Shown piece by piece: positions 30,140-41,210 of a stretch of DNA of 64,000 nt. This DNA comes from Candidatus Latescibacterota bacterium. Lineage in GTDB: Bacteria; Latescibacterota; UBA2968; GCA-2709665. A program made the translations under genes and the position numbers. The notes under the pieces are model-generated. The model saw nothing but the letters and a program-made list of their open reading frames with translations, had not been told where the DNA came from and ran no database searches. The DNA lies in contig OZ220733.1 in NCBI GenBank assembly GCA_965116875.1, positions 1,504,001 through 1,568,000 on the forward strand, given 5' to 3'. Each line of letters starts with the position of its first letter. Position 1 is the first letter of the stretch.

Positions 30140-31324
30140 ATGAACAACGAGACATACATCGTGAGCAGCGTTCGCACGGCCGTGGCCAAAGCCAAACGAG
30201 GGGTCCTGCGGAACGTGCGGCCCGAAACCATGGGCGCGGCCGCCGTCAACGGCGCGATCGACCGCGTGGAAGGCCTTCAGCCCGAACGTATCGGCGACGT
30301 GATCATGGGCTGCGCGTTTCCGGAAGCGCAGCAGGGCATGGTTCTCGGTCGCGTCGTCGCACAGAAGGCCGGCCTGCCCGATACGGTCCCCGGCGTAACC
30401 ATCAACCGCTTCTGCGCTTCGGGTCTTCAATCCATCGCGATGGCTCACCAGGCGGTCTCCGCGGGCCAGACCGACGTGATTGTGGCCGGCGGCGCCGAGT
30501 CCATGAGCCTTGTTCCCATGGGCGGCAACAACTTCATGCCCGACCCGGACATCACGCGGGAAGACCCGGACCTGTACATCGACATGGGAAACACCGCTGA
30601 AAACCTGGTGGAAAGCGAGAACATCTCCCGGGAGGAACAGGACAGCTTCGCCCTGCGTTCCCATCAACGCGCGCTCGCCGCCGACGCCGACGGCCGCTTC
30701 GATGACGAGATCGTGCCCCTCCACGTGGTGGAGACGGTGTACGATGGCGGCAGGACCGCGTCCACCGAGAAAACGTTCAGGACGGACGAGGGACCTCGCG
30801 CCGATACCAGTGCGGGCGCGCTTGCCCGGCTCAGGCCGGTCTTTCGCGCCGGCGGCACCGTCACCGCGGGGAATGCCTCGCAGGTCTCGGACGGCGCCGC
30901 CGCAACGGTGGTCATGAGCGGACGGGCGGTCAGGGAACTCCGGGTGAAACCCATGGCGCGGCTCGCGGGCTATGCCGTGGCCGGCGTCGCGCCGGAAATC
31001 ATGGGCATCGGCCCGGCCGAAGCCGTGCCGAAGGCGCTACGTCAGGCAGGTCTCTCCCTGGAAGATATCGGCCTGATCGAACTGAACGAGGCCTTCGCGG
31101 CACAGGCTCTCGCCGTAATCGGCAGGCTCGACATGGACCCGGAACTCGTCAACGTCAACGGCGGGGCCATCGCACTCGGCCATCCCCTGGGCTGCACCGG
31201 CGCCAAACTCACCGCCACCCTCCTGCACGAGATGGCGCGTCGCAACGTCCGCTACGGCATCTGCACCATGTGTATCGGCAGCGGTATGGGCGCGGCGGGG
31301 GTTTTCGAAAACCTCATGGCGTAA
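30140..31324 (+). CDS. fadA: acetyl-CoA C-acyltransferase (thiolase)
   Basis: [28 protein letters not shown]. Confidence 0.95.
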   Translation: MNNETYIVSSVRTAVAKAKRGVLRNVRPETMGAAAVNGAIDRVEGLQPERIGDVIMGCAFPEAQQGMVLGRVVAQKAGLPDTVPGVTINRFCASGLQSIAMAHQAVSAGQTDVIVAGGAESMSLVPMGGNNFMPDPDITREDPDLYIDMGNTAENLVESENISREEQDSFALRSHQRALAADADGRFDDEIVPLHVVETVYDGGRTASTEKTFRTDEGPRADTSAGALARLRPVFRAGGTVTAGNASQVSDGAAATVVMSGRAVRELRVKPMARLAGYAVAGVAPEIMGIGPAEAVPKALRQAGLSLEDIGLIELNEAFAAQALAVIGRLDMDPELVNVNGGAIALGHPLGCTGAKLTATLLHEMARRNVRYGICTMCIGSGMGAAGVFENLMA

Positions 31325-31329
31325 CGTGC

Positions 31330-33762
31330 ATGGACGTTCTGACTTCAACCTGCGGTGTCCTGTCCCTTACCCGCGTGGAAGCCCTCGGCATCGCGGTCCT
31401 CGTGTGCGTCCTGGGCTTCACCGGCGCGCCGCTGTGGCTCTGGACGGTTTTCTCGGCCGTGGGGCTTTGGACATTCGGCGCGCCCGTCGGCCTCTGGTGG
31501 GGGTTTGGCGCCCTCGCGCTGCTTCTTAACCTGCGGCCGCTGCGCCGCATCCTGGTTTCCTTCTGGATCCTCAAGATCCTCAGGGTTCTCAAACTCCTTC
31601 CCGCCATCTCTCCTACCGAACAGGCCGCCATCGAAGCCGGCAGCGTATGGATCGACGCCGACCTCTTCTCCGGCAAACCCGATTTCAGGCGGCTGAGCAG
31701 AGAACCCTACCCGGACCTGAATGAAAGGGAGCGCGCGTTCCTCAACGGCCCCGTGGAAGCCGCGTGCCGTCTGGCCGACGACTGGCAGATTCACCGGGCC
31801 CGGGACCTCCCGCGGGAACTCTGGAAGTACCTCAGGGAACAACGATTCTACGGGATCATCATCCCCGAGGAATTCGGCGGTCTTGGATTCTCGGCATCCG
31901 CGCACAGCGCCATTGTCGGCAAGCTGGCCTCCCGCTCCATGCCGCTTGCCGTGACGGTAATGGTGCCCAATTCCCTCGGGCCGGCGGAACTGCTGATCCA
32001 TTACGGCACCCGGGACCAGAAAGACCGCTTCCTGCCGCGCCTGGCGCGCGGCGAAGAGATTCCCTGCTTTGCCCTCACCGAGCCGAACGCCGGGTCCGAC
32101 GCAGGCAGCATCCGGTCCAGCGGGGTCGTCTTCAAGGGCGAGGACGGGCGGCCGCATCTGCGATTGAACTGGAACAAGCGATATATCACGCTCGCTTCCA
32201 TCTCCACACTGATCGGCCTGGCCTTCAAACTCAGGGATCCGGACAATCTGCTGGGCAGGGGCAACAACCCCGGTATCACCTGCGCCCTCGTACCCCGCGA
32301 CACGCCGGGCGTTGTGGTGGACAGACGGCACGATCCGATGGGCGTGCCCTTCCACAATGCGCCCACCGAGGGCCGGGACGTTGTCGTTCCGGCAGGCGCC
32401 ATCATCGGCGGTCCGGACGGCGCCGGCCAGGGGTGGCGCATGCTGATGGAATCCCTCGCCGCGGGACGCGGCATCTCGCTGCCGGCAACCGCGGCTTTCG
32501 GCGCCAAGCTGACCGCGCGGGTGGCGGGCGCCCACGCCACCGTACGCAAACAGTTCGGCCTCTCCATCGGCCGTTTCCAGGGTGTGGAGGAGCCGCTCGC
32601 GCGTATCGGCGCCTTTACCTACCTGATGGAAGCCGCGAGGCGTTTTACCTGCGGCGGCCTGGACAGCGGCGAGAAATCGGCCGTGGTCTCCGCGATCGTC
32701 AAGTTCAATCTCACGGAGCTGCACCGGCGCGCCATACTGGACGGTATGGACATTCTGGCGGGGAACGCCATCGCCCAGGGCCCCAGAAACCTGCTCGCAC
32801 GGTCGTATCTCTGGGCGCCCATCGCCATCACGGTGGAAGGCGCGAATATCCTCACGCGAACGTTCATCACGTTCGGACAGGGCGCAATCCGGTGCCATCC
32901 GTACATCTACGAGGAAATACAGGCACTCAAGACGGGCAACCTGCGCGACTTCGACCGCGCTTTCTGGGCCCACTCGGGCCACGTCATCCGCAATGCATTC
33001 CGGGCCGCGCTCCTGAGCCTGTCGCGCGGTTACCTGGCCGCCTCGCCCGTGCGGGGGCCCGCGTCCCGATACTATCGAAAACTGGCCTGGACGTCCGCAT
33101 CGTTCGCCTTTCTGGCCGACGTTGCCCTGATCACAATGGGCGGCGCCCTGAAAAAAGAAGAGAAACTTGCCGGCCGTTTCGCCGACGTCCTTTCATGGAT
33201 GTACCTGGGCACGGCCGTCTTGCGCCGGTTCGAAGCGGAAGGGCGCAGACCGGGCCACCTGCCCTATCTGCACTGGGCGATGCAATACGCGTTTGCGCAG
33301 ATTCAGCTTGGATTCAGCGGCCTGTTCCGGAACCTGCGCGGTTTCCCCGGCCTGGGTCTGTTGTTCCGCCATCCGGTCGCGCTGTGGTCTCGCCTCAACC
33401 CGATCGGCCGGATGCCATCGGACGCCCTCGGCGGCGACGTGGCCCGCGCGATACGGACGCCCGGCTCCGACAGGGATGCGCTGACCTCGGACCTCTATTT
33501 GCCGGACTCTGCCGATGAACCCCTGGCCCGGCTCGAAGCCGCATTCGAGCTTTCCTGCAAGGCCGAGCCCGTCTCCCGTGTCATCAAAGAGGCCGCGCGC
33601 GCGGGCCGGCTATCGGGACGGGACCCTCAGCGGCTGGTCGAACAGGCCATCGAAAAAGAGCTGATCACACAGGAAGACGCGGCACTCTACCGGCGCGCGG
33701 AGACCGCCAGGGACGAGGCGGTCCGTGTGGACGCGTTCACCCCTGAAGAGTACCTCCCGTAA
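31330..33762 (+). CDS. fadE: membrane-anchored long-type acyl-CoA dehydrogenase
   Basis: N-terminal TM, MVPNSLGPAEL, FALTEPNAGSDA, ITVEGANILTR, C-terminal DUF1974-like region. Confidence 0.92.
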   Translation: MDVLTSTCGVLSLTRVEALGIAVLVCVLGFTGAPLWLWTVFSAVGLWTFGAPVGLWWGFGALALLLNLRPLRRILVSFWILKILRVLKLLPAISPTEQAAIEAGSVWIDADLFSGKPDFRRLSREPYPDLNERERAFLNGPVEAACRLADDWQIHRARDLPRELWKYLREQRFYGIIIPEEFGGLGFSASAHSAIVGKLASRSMPLAVTVMVPNSLGPAELLIHYGTRDQKDRFLPRLARGEEIPCFALTEPNAGSDAGSIRSSGVVFKGEDGRPHLRLNWNKRYITLASISTLIGLAFKLRDPDNLLGRGNNPGITCALVPRDTPGVVVDRRHDPMGVPFHNAPTEGRDVVVPAGAIIGGPDGAGQGWRMLMESLAAGRGISLPATAAFGAKLTARVAGAHATVRKQFGLSIGRFQGVEEPLARIGAFTYLMEAARRFTCGGLDSGEKSAVVSAIVKFNLTELHRRAILDGMDILAGNAIAQGPRNLLARSYLWAPIAITVEGANILTRTFITFGQGAIRCHPYIYEEIQALKTGNLRDFDRAFWAHSGHVIRNAFRAALLSLSRGYLAASPVRGPASRYYRKLAWTSASFAFLADVALITMGGALKKEEKLAGRFADVLSWMYLGTAVLRRFEAEGRRPGHLPYLHWAMQYAFAQIQLGFSGLFRNLRGFPGLGLLFRHPVALWSRLNPIGRMPSDALGGDVARAIRTPGSDRDALTSDLYLPDSADEPLARLEAAFELSCKAEPVSRVIKEAARAGRLSGRDPQRLVEQAIEKELITQEDAALYRRAETARDEAVRVDAFTPEEYLP

Positions 33763-33841
33763 CCCGGCAGATGGTAGCGGACCGAGCCGCCACTGAAGCG
33801 GCTCTCAGACGTTGGCGACGATTTCCCGAGGAGCGCAATCC

Positions 33842-35467
33842 ATGCAAGGCCTGATGATGGACTACCCCCTCACCATGGAGCGGATCCTCGAGCACGCGAA
33901 CCGTCTGTACCCCCGAAAACGCATCTCTACTGTACTGCCCGACGGAACCGTCCACCGGTACACCTGGGCGGACCTGCACGGCCGGTCGAAGCGACTCGCC
34001 AGCGCGCTTGCCGGCCTGGGTATCGAACCGGGCGACCGGGTGGGCACCTTCGCGTGGAACAACTACCAGCACCTGGAACTGTATTTCGCCGTACCCTGCA
34101 GCGGCGCCGTCTGCCATACGCTGAATATCCGCCTCTCTCCGGATCAACTGGCGTATATCATCCGCCACGCGGAAGACAAGGCCATCTTTGTGGATGCGGC
34201 CCTGCTGCCCCGCTTCGAAGCCGTGATTGCCAGACTCGACCGCTGCCCGCGCATCGTCCTGTTCAATGTCAATCCGGAGTTCCGGATCGATCTTTCCAAC
34301 GCCATCGGCTATGAAGCCCTGATCGCCGGCGGCAGCGACTCGTTCGAGTGGCCCGATTTGGAAGAAGACAGGGCCATGGGCCTCTGCTACACCAGCGGCA
34401 CCACCGGAGAGCCCCGCGGAGCGCTGTACTCGCACCGTTCGATGGTTCTGCACACCCTCGGCGTGAACCAGTCCAACGCCGTGGGCCTCGTTGAATCGGA
34501 CGTCGTCTTGCCCGTCGTGCCCCAATTTCACGCCATGGCCTGGGGGCTGCCGTACGCCTGCGCCGCGGCCGGCGCGGAACTGGTCCTGCCGGGGCCCCAC
34601 CTGAATCCCGCCGCCCTGGCGAGGACGATCGCGGACGAAGGCGTCACGGTTGCCGCCGGCGTCCCCACCATCTGGACCGGGCTGTACGAAGCGTTGAAAG
34701 TCAATCCACGCGACGTCTCCAGCATTCGCGCCCTGATCGTGGGCGGGGCTGCCATGCCGCGCGGCCTGATCGAAGCCTACGAAACCGAACTCGGCGTACC
34801 GGTCGTACACGCCTGGGGAATGACCGAGCTCTCGCCCCTGGGCACCGTCTCCAGGCTGCAACGGCATCACCGCGCCCTTCCGGACGCGGACAGGTGGGGC
34901 GTGAAAGCCAGGCAGGGGTACCCCATTTGCGGTGTCGACATGAGGATTGTGGACGACTCCGGAAACGAAGCGCCCTGGGACGGCAGCAGCATGGGAGAGG
35001 TGCAGGTGAGGGGCCCGTGGGTGATCGGGAGCTATTACAGGCAGGACGCCGCGCCCGATCACTTCACCGCCGACGGGTGGTTCCGGACCGGCGACGTCGG
35101 CTCGATGAGTCCGGACGGCTTCCTTACCATCACGGACCGGACGAGGGACCTCATCAAGAGCGGCGGCGAGTGGATATCGAGCGTGGCGCTGGAAAACATG
35201 CTTATGGGCCACCCGGCCGTCACCGAGGCCGCCGTCATCGCCGTTCCCGACGCAAAATGGACGGAACGTCCCTTCGCCATCGCCGTTCGTTCGCCCTCCG
35301 CGGACCCGGTCACGGCAGAGGCGCTCCGGGCGCACCTCGGGTCCGCATATCCGAAATACTGGGTGCCCGACAGAATCGTCTTCGTGGAGCAGATCCCCAA
35401 GACCAGCGTTGGAAAGCTGGACAAGAAAGTCATCCGCCGGCAGTATGCGGAGGGAACGTTCGGATAA
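33842..35467 (+). CDS. fatty-acid--CoA ligase (AMP-binding)
   Basis: [33 protein letters not shown]. Confidence 0.93.
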   Translation: MQGLMMDYPLTMERILEHANRLYPRKRISTVLPDGTVHRYTWADLHGRSKRLASALAGLGIEPGDRVGTFAWNNYQHLELYFAVPCSGAVCHTLNIRLSPDQLAYIIRHAEDKAIFVDAALLPRFEAVIARLDRCPRIVLFNVNPEFRIDLSNAIGYEALIAGGSDSFEWPDLEEDRAMGLCYTSGTTGEPRGALYSHRSMVLHTLGVNQSNAVGLVESDVVLPVVPQFHAMAWGLPYACAAAGAELVLPGPHLNPAALARTIADEGVTVAAGVPTIWTGLYEALKVNPRDVSSIRALIVGGAAMPRGLIEAYETELGVPVVHAWGMTELSPLGTVSRLQRHHRALPDADRWGVKARQGYPICGVDMRIVDDSGNEAPWDGSSMGEVQVRGPWVIGSYYRQDAAPDHFTADGWFRTGDVGSMSPDGFLTITDRTRDLIKSGGEWISSVALENMLMGHPAVTEAAVIAVPDAKWTERPFAIAVRSPSADPVTAEALRAHLGSAYPKYWVPDRIVFVEQIPKTSVGKLDKKVIRRQYAEGTFG

Positions 35468-35498
35468 CCGGCCGCCTCCCGGGAAAACAGGAGTTGCA

Positions 35499-36230
35499 AT
35501 GCCTCTCCACCTGAAGAACCCTCACAGCATCCTGGCCGTCCTGCAAACCCGGCCCCAGGACGTCTACGAAATCCGTCTGCCGGAGCCCGTGGCCGGCCCA
35601 TGGAGCCGTGTCCGGTCGGCCGCCGCTGAAATCGGCGTCAAATTCGCGGGCGGGACCCGCGGCTCCCGGAGGCAGGGCCGGACGGGACGGGCCGGAGGCG
35701 CCGAGGCCGTTGTCAGAGAACGTCGCGCGGTCCCTGTCGAGGAGATGTTCGCGAACGTGCCCGGGACCGGACTCTGGCTTGCGCTCGACCGTGTGCAGGA
35801 CCCGCACAACGCGGGGGCGATCTTTCGGACCGCCGCCTTCTTCGGCGTTCGCGGCATCCTGATCACGCGGGACCGCTCGGTCCCGCTCACGGATACCGTG
35901 TACGACGTCGCATCCGGCGGTGTCGAACACGTGCCCTTCTGCTTCCCGGCCAATCTCGGCAGAGCGCTCGACCTGGCGCGGAATGCGAACCTCTGGATCC
36001 TGGGCGCGTCCGAACACGCCGACGCCGGCCTGGACCGGATCGCGGCCGACCGTCCCTGGCTGATCGTCCTGGGCAACGAGGAACGCGGGCTCCGCCGTCT
36101 CACGCTGGACAAATGCGACGCCACATGCAGAATCCCATCCACGGGACACGTCGCCTCGCTGAACGTCTCCGTGGCCGCGGGCATAATCATGCAGAAACTC
36201 GCCGCGCCGCCGGATACGACGACCGGATAG
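35499..36230 (+). CDS. SPOUT RNA 2'-O-methyltransferase (TrmH/RlmB-like)
   Basis: LDRVQDPHNAGAIFR, LGNEERG, SLNVSVA. Confidence 0.9.
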   Translation: MPLHLKNPHSILAVLQTRPQDVYEIRLPEPVAGPWSRVRSAAAEIGVKFAGGTRGSRRQGRTGRAGGAEAVVRERRAVPVEEMFANVPGTGLWLALDRVQDPHNAGAIFRTAAFFGVRGILITRDRSVPLTDTVYDVASGGVEHVPFCFPANLGRALDLARNANLWILGASEHADAGLDRIAADRPWLIVLGNEERGLRRLTLDKCDATCRIPSTGHVASLNVSVAAGIIMQKLAAPPDTTTG

Positions 36231-36316
36231 ACTGCCGACTGTCGCGCGAACGGCGGCGCTCTTGTCATCAAATCCGATTTGCCGTATCTTTTTCGACAAA
36301 TTCGGGGGAAAAGCCG

Positions 36317-36943
36317 ATGTCCGAGACCATCTTCTGGGACGTGGACACCCAGTACGACTTCATCATGCCGGACGGCAAACTCTACATCCGGGAGGCAGAG
36401 AAGATCCTGCCCAATCTGGAGCGGCTCACGGCCTGCGCCCGGCAGCGGAAGATCCCCATCTTCGGGTCCGTAGACTACCACAACCCCGACGACGGCGAGA
36501 TTTCGGACTCGCCCGACTTCCGGAACACCTTTCCGCCGCACTGTCTCAAGGATACCCCGGGCCAGCGAAAAGTCACGGAAACACGCCCGGTGAATCCGCT
36601 GTGGATCGACAGCGCCCCGGAGGACACCGCCACGCTCGGCGAACGGGTCCGGAACCACACGGGTGAGGTCATCTTCCGCAAACAGCGCTTCGACGTATTC
36701 ACCAACCGGAACGTGGATCCCGTTCTGAACGCCGTCAGGCCCGGGCGCATCGTACTGTACGGCGTTGCCCTGGACGTCTGCAATGCCTACGCAATCGACG
36801 GCTTTCTGGAGAGAAACACCGCGCCCGTCCAACTGGTGCTGGACGCCACGCAGGCCATCTTCCCCGAACGGGGAGAAACGCTCGTGGAAGGCTGGAAGGC
36901 CCGCGGCGTCACCGTTGTTTCCACCGACGAGATCACCGAATAG
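36317..36943 (+). CDS. pncA: nicotinamidase/isochorismatase-family cysteine hydrolase
   Basis: DVDTQYDF, DYH, FPPHC, GVALDVC. Confidence 0.8.
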   Translation: MSETIFWDVDTQYDFIMPDGKLYIREAEKILPNLERLTACARQRKIPIFGSVDYHNPDDGEISDSPDFRNTFPPHCLKDTPGQRKVTETRPVNPLWIDSAPEDTATLGERVRNHTGEVIFRKQRFDVFTNRNVDPVLNAVRPGRIVLYGVALDVCNAYAIDGFLERNTAPVQLVLDATQAIFPERGETLVEGWKARGVTVVSTDEITE

Positions 36944-36958
36944 AGTGATTCAAAGCCG

Positions 36959-37000
36959 AAAAAGCGCATCGCCCTGAGCCTCGGGACGATGCGCTTTTTT
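36959..37000. terminator. bidirectional intrinsic terminator
   Basis: AAAAAGCGCATCG...CGATGCGCTTTTTT between convergent genes. Confidence 0.8.
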
Positions 37001-37182
37001 GTACCCGCGAGTAACCTGTATCACTGCCCGGCCGCTGCCGCACAAAGGCAGGTCAAGTGCCAGAATCAGTGTTGTTTGGATATATGTGAGCAGACAGGAA
37101 TGTCCGCTCCACCCTCCAGGCGTCGTTCGCGCCGACCAACATCCGCCAAGCTCGGCGCTACCTGTCGCTGACGCGGGATGTG

Positions 37183-38289
37183 CTACTCAGACGGCTTTCC
37201 CGCGGACACCGCCAGATCTTTGAACAGGGTCTGGTACTTGCCGTACCCGGCCGCCTTGAGCTCATCCGCGGGAATGAACCTCAGCGCGGCCGAATTGATG
37301 CAATAGCGCAGTCCGGTCGGCGCGGGGCCGTCGTTGAATACGTGGCCGAGGTGCGAATCCCCGTACTTGCTGCGCACCTCGGTTCGGGTCATGAAGAGAC
37401 TGTTGTCCACGCGCTCAACCACGTGATCCGGCGCGAGGGGCTGCGTGAAGCTCGGCCATCCCGTGCCCGACCGGTATTTGTGCGTTGAGCTGAAGAGGGG
37501 CTCGCCCGATACGACGTCCACGTAGATGCCCGGCTTCTTGTTGTCCCAGTACTCGTTTCGGAACGGCCGCTCGGTACCGTCTTCCTGGGTCACGTTCCAC
37601 TGAAGCGGCGTCAGTTTCCCGCGCAGTTCCGCGTCCGGGGGTTTCATCCAGGCCCCGCCGGAGGGTTTGGCCGGCTTGTCCCGCCCCCAGGTCTTTTCGA
37701 TAAACCGGTCGCGTCCGGAGCCCTTCCGGTAGCGGTTGTAGTGAGCCGGCTTCTTCCTGTAGTAGTCCTGGTGATATTCCTCCGCCGGATAGAAGGTCTC
37801 CGCGGGCCGGATGGGCGTGACGATGTGGGCGTTGAAGCGGCCGGATTTCTCAAGGGCCTCTTTCGAAGCTTCCGCAAGTTGTTTCTGCTTTTCGTCGTGA
37901 TAGAAGATGGCGGACGAGTATTGATGGCCCCGGTCATAGAACGACCCTCCGGCATCGGTGGGGTCGAACTGCATCCAGTATACGTCGAGCAACTGCGCGT
38001 AGGTCACCACGGCCGGGTCGTACGTGACCAACACCGACTCGATGTGGCGGGTACTGCCCGAACTGACCTGGCCGTAGGTTGGATTCCGGATCTCCCCGCC
38101 GGTATAGCCGGATACCGCGGAAACAACGCCCTCGAGCTTGTCGAATGGCGCCTCGATGCACCAGAAGCAGCCGCCGGCGAAAGTGGCCTGCTCCACGTTT
38201 TTCGTTTCGGAACGGCCGTCCCCGGGGCCCAGGGCCAACGCGACAATGACAACGGTAGCGGCCAGCAACAGCACGAGTGTGGTTTTCAT
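37183..38289 (-). CDS. msrAB: exported bifunctional methionine sulfoxide reductase MsrA/MsrB
   Basis: signal peptide, [31 protein letters not shown]. Confidence 0.95.
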   Translation of the reverse strand: MKTTLVLLLAATVVIVALALGPGDGRSETKNVEQATFAGGCFWCIEAPFDKLEGVVSAVSGYTGGEIRNPTYGQVSSGSTRHIESVLVTYDPAVVTYAQLLDVYWMQFDPTDAGGSFYDRGHQYSSAIFYHDEKQKQLAEASKEALEKSGRFNAHIVTPIRPAETFYPAEEYHQDYYRKKPAHYNRYRKGSGRDRFIEKTWGRDKPAKPSGGAWMKPPDAELRGKLTPLQWNVTQEDGTERPFRNEYWDNKKPGIYVDVVSGEPLFSSTHKYRSGTGWPSFTQPLAPDHVVERVDNSLFMTRTEVRSKYGDSHLGHVFNDGPAPTGLRYCINSAALRFIPADELKAAGYGKYQTLFKDLAVSAGKPSE

Positions 38290-38452
38290 CCGGGTTCCTC
38301 CTCACGTTTACGGCGCTCGGGCCGAACGCGTCGCATCGGATACAGGCGACAAAAAAGCTGATTTGGCCTCGGGACGGTATCCCGGAAGCCGCGAGAGGGA
38401 ATCGATAGCCTTCATGTATGGGACGCCGGCAGACGGCGTTGGGTTGCATGAA

Positions 38453-38590
38453 ACGGGAAGAGGGTAGAGGGAAGACGGGAGAAGAAACCCTTGCACGGTA
38501 TGCTTTTGCTCCTTGCCTTCGGCACGAAAAGAATCCTCACGAGGCAGGCAATCTCTCCCCTCTTCCGTCTCCCCGCTTTTAGCTGACCGC
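38453..38590 (+). repeat. ~130-bp armed element with central mini-hairpin
   Basis: homologous to 158-288, 13771-13900, 44662-44820, 62884-63000. Confidence 0.8.
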
Positions 38591-38635
38591 TCTTTCTTTC
38601 TTGATATCTGAACGTTTGTGCAGTATATTCAGCAT

Positions 38636-39433
38636 ATGGCGCATACGCACCTTGCCATTGAAGAGACCGCGGCGCGTTCCGTGCTGATGCCTCAGGACGG
38701 TCCTCCCGTCACGCGATACACCCTGAATCCGTACGTGGGTTGCGGGATGGGGTGCGCATATTGCTACGTCATGAAATACCACTACGCCGTGGAACACCCC
38801 CTGCCGTGGGGGGCATGGGTGCAGCCCAAGACAAACGCGCCGTTTCTTCTGGGCAGGGCGCGAGACAAGATCTGGGGCCGGCGTATTTTCGTGGGCTCCG
38901 CCACGGACCCCTATCAATACGTGGAACGTCAGTACCGGCTGACCCGCCGCTGCCTGGGCGTGCTGCAGGACAGCAACCCGAAAGACGTTGTGGTGCATAC
39001 GCGGAGTCACCTGGTTCTGGATGACGCGGAACTGCTGCGGACGTTCAGGTCCCCTCTGCGCGTGTGTTTTTCCGTACCCACGGACGACGACCGCGTGCGG
39101 AGAAAGCTGGAGCCGCACGCCCCTCGCATCGACGTCCGGCTGAAAACCATGCGCCGCCTGAGGGCCGCGGGCATTCACGTCACGGCGGCGCTCGCGCCCC
39201 TGCTCCACTGCGAGCCGGCCCGCTTCGTCCGGCTGCTGAAAGACGCCGCTGACGACGTCTACATCGGTTCGATGCGCTATACCGACAAGACGGGCCTCCG
39301 GACCACGGACAGAGCCAGGGCGTATTTCGAGAGCGCCCGTTACAAGGACCTGGTCGCGGAGATGGACCGCTGCCTCGACACGTCCGGCCTGAAGACGAAC
39401 CGGGACGACGAGCGGGATTTCGCGTCGCGATGA
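38636..39433 (+). CDS. radical SAM protein, spore-photoproduct-lyase/Rv2578c-like
   Basis: LNPYVGCGMGCAYCY (CxxxCxxC), SATDPYQ, LEPHAP. Confidence 0.85.
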   Translation: MAHTHLAIEETAARSVLMPQDGPPVTRYTLNPYVGCGMGCAYCYVMKYHYAVEHPLPWGAWVQPKTNAPFLLGRARDKIWGRRIFVGSATDPYQYVERQYRLTRRCLGVLQDSNPKDVVVHTRSHLVLDDAELLRTFRSPLRVCFSVPTDDDRVRRKLEPHAPRIDVRLKTMRRLRAAGIHVTAALAPLLHCEPARFVRLLKDAADDVYIGSMRYTDKTGLRTTDRARAYFESARYKDLVAEMDRCLDTSGLKTNRDDERDFASR

Positions 39434-39436
39434 GCC

Positions 39437-39480
39437 AAAAAAAAGGGATGCGCGAAGGTGTGGGTTCCTTCGGACATCCC
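39437..39480 (-). terminator. intrinsic terminator of the proteasome operon
   Basis: GGGATG..CGAAGG/CCTTCG..CATCCC hairpin followed by T8 on the minus strand. Confidence 0.65.
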
Positions 39481-39533
39481 GTGTTCATCCCGCTTGGCGC
39501 GGCATGGCGATACCGATTACGGTCCCAGCACTG

Positions 39534-41000
39534 TCATTTCAACCTGCGGCGCATGGGGCGGCGGGGCGAGGGCGCCGCGGAACGGATTTCCCGGATGAAT
39601 GCTGCCGCGGCGTCGCGGTAGGTCTCGAACGGATCCAGGAGACTCAGATGGCTTTCGTTCTCCAGATAGACCGAGTCCCAGTCCACGATATACCGCATCC
39701 GGTTTTCGGACAGGGCCCTGATCACGTCGGACCGGCCCCGGGCCCTCGTATCCGCAGGCGGCTCGTCTCCCGCGCGGGCGATCTGCTCCTCGGACAGAAT
39801 GCGGTGCGTCATCCCCTTGTGTTCGAGGTCCAGGAAAAACCCCCGGTTGGGATCGATATTGTGATACTCCAGGTCCAGGCTCTGGAGCCAGGGATCGTTC
39901 CATTCCAGGCCCTCCGACTGCACGAACATCTCCAGCATCCACTTTTTCGCCACCCAGTCCAGCCGGTCCTTCAGGGCCATCGGATCCCGCTCAAGGGCGT
40001 CCAGCGTGTTCTCCCATTCCACCAGCACCCAGTCCGACTCGTCATCCATCCCGCGCAGATGCCGTTTCGCCAGATCCAGGTACTGGCGCTGGATGTCCAC
40101 GGCGGAAACCGGCCTGCCGTTCTTGCGTTCCAGAATCCACTTATGGGTGGGGTCACGGGAAATCTCCTTCAACGCCCACACCGGGTCGCCAAGGCCCACG
40201 TCCTGCGGGAAGATCTTCTGCTCGAGCAGATTCAACACCATCGCCGTGGTTCCGACCTTCAGCGCGGTGGCGTACTCCGACATATTCGAGTCGCCCATCA
40301 GCAGGTGCAGCCTGCGGTACTTGTTGTAGTCGGCCAGCGGTTCGTCGCGCGTGTTGATGATCGCGCGGCTGAACTGGATCCACTGATAGATCTCCGTGAC
40401 GATGTGGTCCGCGCGCTGCGAAATCTGAAAGGCGACGGGATCCTCATGCCCGCCGTCGTCGACGTCGTCCCTGCCATAATAGTAGAAGCTGTCGTCGTAG
40501 CTGCCCACCCTCCCGGCGCCGCTGTAGATCTGCCGCGTAACCAGAAAAGGAAGCAGCGCCGGTATCACAACCATCGAGAACGGTACGTTTCGCCGAATCA
40601 GGTAATTCTCGTGGCAGCCGAACGTGGCGCCTGTATAATGATCGATATTGTTCTTGAGGAACGAAGCCTCTTTCGCCAGCCCCAGCGAACGAAGCGCCCG
40701 CTGCAGAAGCCGTTCCCCCGCCCGGTCGGAGGCCACCAGATCGAACAGGCTCTTGCACTCCGGCGTGGTGTATTCGATATGCCCCATATCGATATATACC
40801 CTGCCGGAATTGAACAAAAAACCGCCGTTTCCCGGCGGTTCGTCCCGGCCCCGATAGTGGATATCGACAATACCCTTGCGCTCGGTGTGAAAGACGTGGT
40901 CCTTCACCTTCACCGTAATCGCATCCGGGCTGACGAACCCCTCATGCTCCGGCGCCATGCATCCGAATTCGGTTTCCAGACCGAAAATGCGACGTTCCAT
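39534..41000 (-). CDS. pafA: Pup/UBact-protein ligase
   Basis: RRIFGLETEFG, GCHENY, SQRADH, INTRDEP, RRLHLLMGDSN, DLEYHNI; last gene of the operon. Confidence 0.9.
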   Translation of the reverse strand: MERRIFGLETEFGCMAPEHEGFVSPDAITVKVKDHVFHTERKGIVDIHYRGRDEPPGNGGFLFNSGRVYIDMGHIEYTTPECKSLFDLVASDRAGERLLQRALRSLGLAKEASFLKNNIDHYTGATFGCHENYLIRRNVPFSMVVIPALLPFLVTRQIYSGAGRVGSYDDSFYYYGRDDVDDGGHEDPVAFQISQRADHIVTEIYQWIQFSRAIINTRDEPLADYNKYRRLHLLMGDSNMSEYATALKVGTTAMVLNLLEQKIFPQDVGLGDPVWALKEISRDPTHKWILERKNGRPVSAVDIQRQYLDLAKRHLRGMDDESDWVLVEWENTLDALERDPMALKDRLDWVAKKWMLEMFVQSEGLEWNDPWLQSLDLEYHNIDPNRGFFLDLEHKGMTHRILSEEQIARAGDEPPADTRARGRSDVIRALSENRMRYIVDWDSVYLENESHLSLLDPFETYRDAAAAFIREIRSAAPSPRRPMRRRLK

Positions 41001-41069
41001 TTCGCATCCTTATATGGACGTCTGCTCGTCGATGCCGGTGGGGACAGCCTCCAACCTCGGCGACAGGCC

Positions 41070-41198
41070 GGGCGCCCACAAGGGACGCCCCTACACGGGC
41101 GGGGCGAGGGTCTGGTGTTCGATACGATGATCGCCAACCCTTCGACCCTTCGACCCTTCGACAGGCTCAGGGACCGCAGACTCAGGGAGCGGCTCAGT
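41070..41198. repeat. REP cluster between prcA and pafA
   Basis: GTAG REP at 41070-41094; (CCTTCGAC)x3-AGGCTCAGGGA at 41139-41173. Confidence 0.7.
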
Positions 41199-41210
41199 CT
41201 TCAGACGCAA

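Noticed and set aside
31345-35335. Long antisense or alternate-frame ORFs (e.g. 31345-32982, 31764-33518, 33737-35335, also 39504-41225, 7452-8852)
   Set aside because: They shadow well-supported genes in GC-rich DNA, have Arg/Pro/Gly-rich composition and contain no recognisable motifs.
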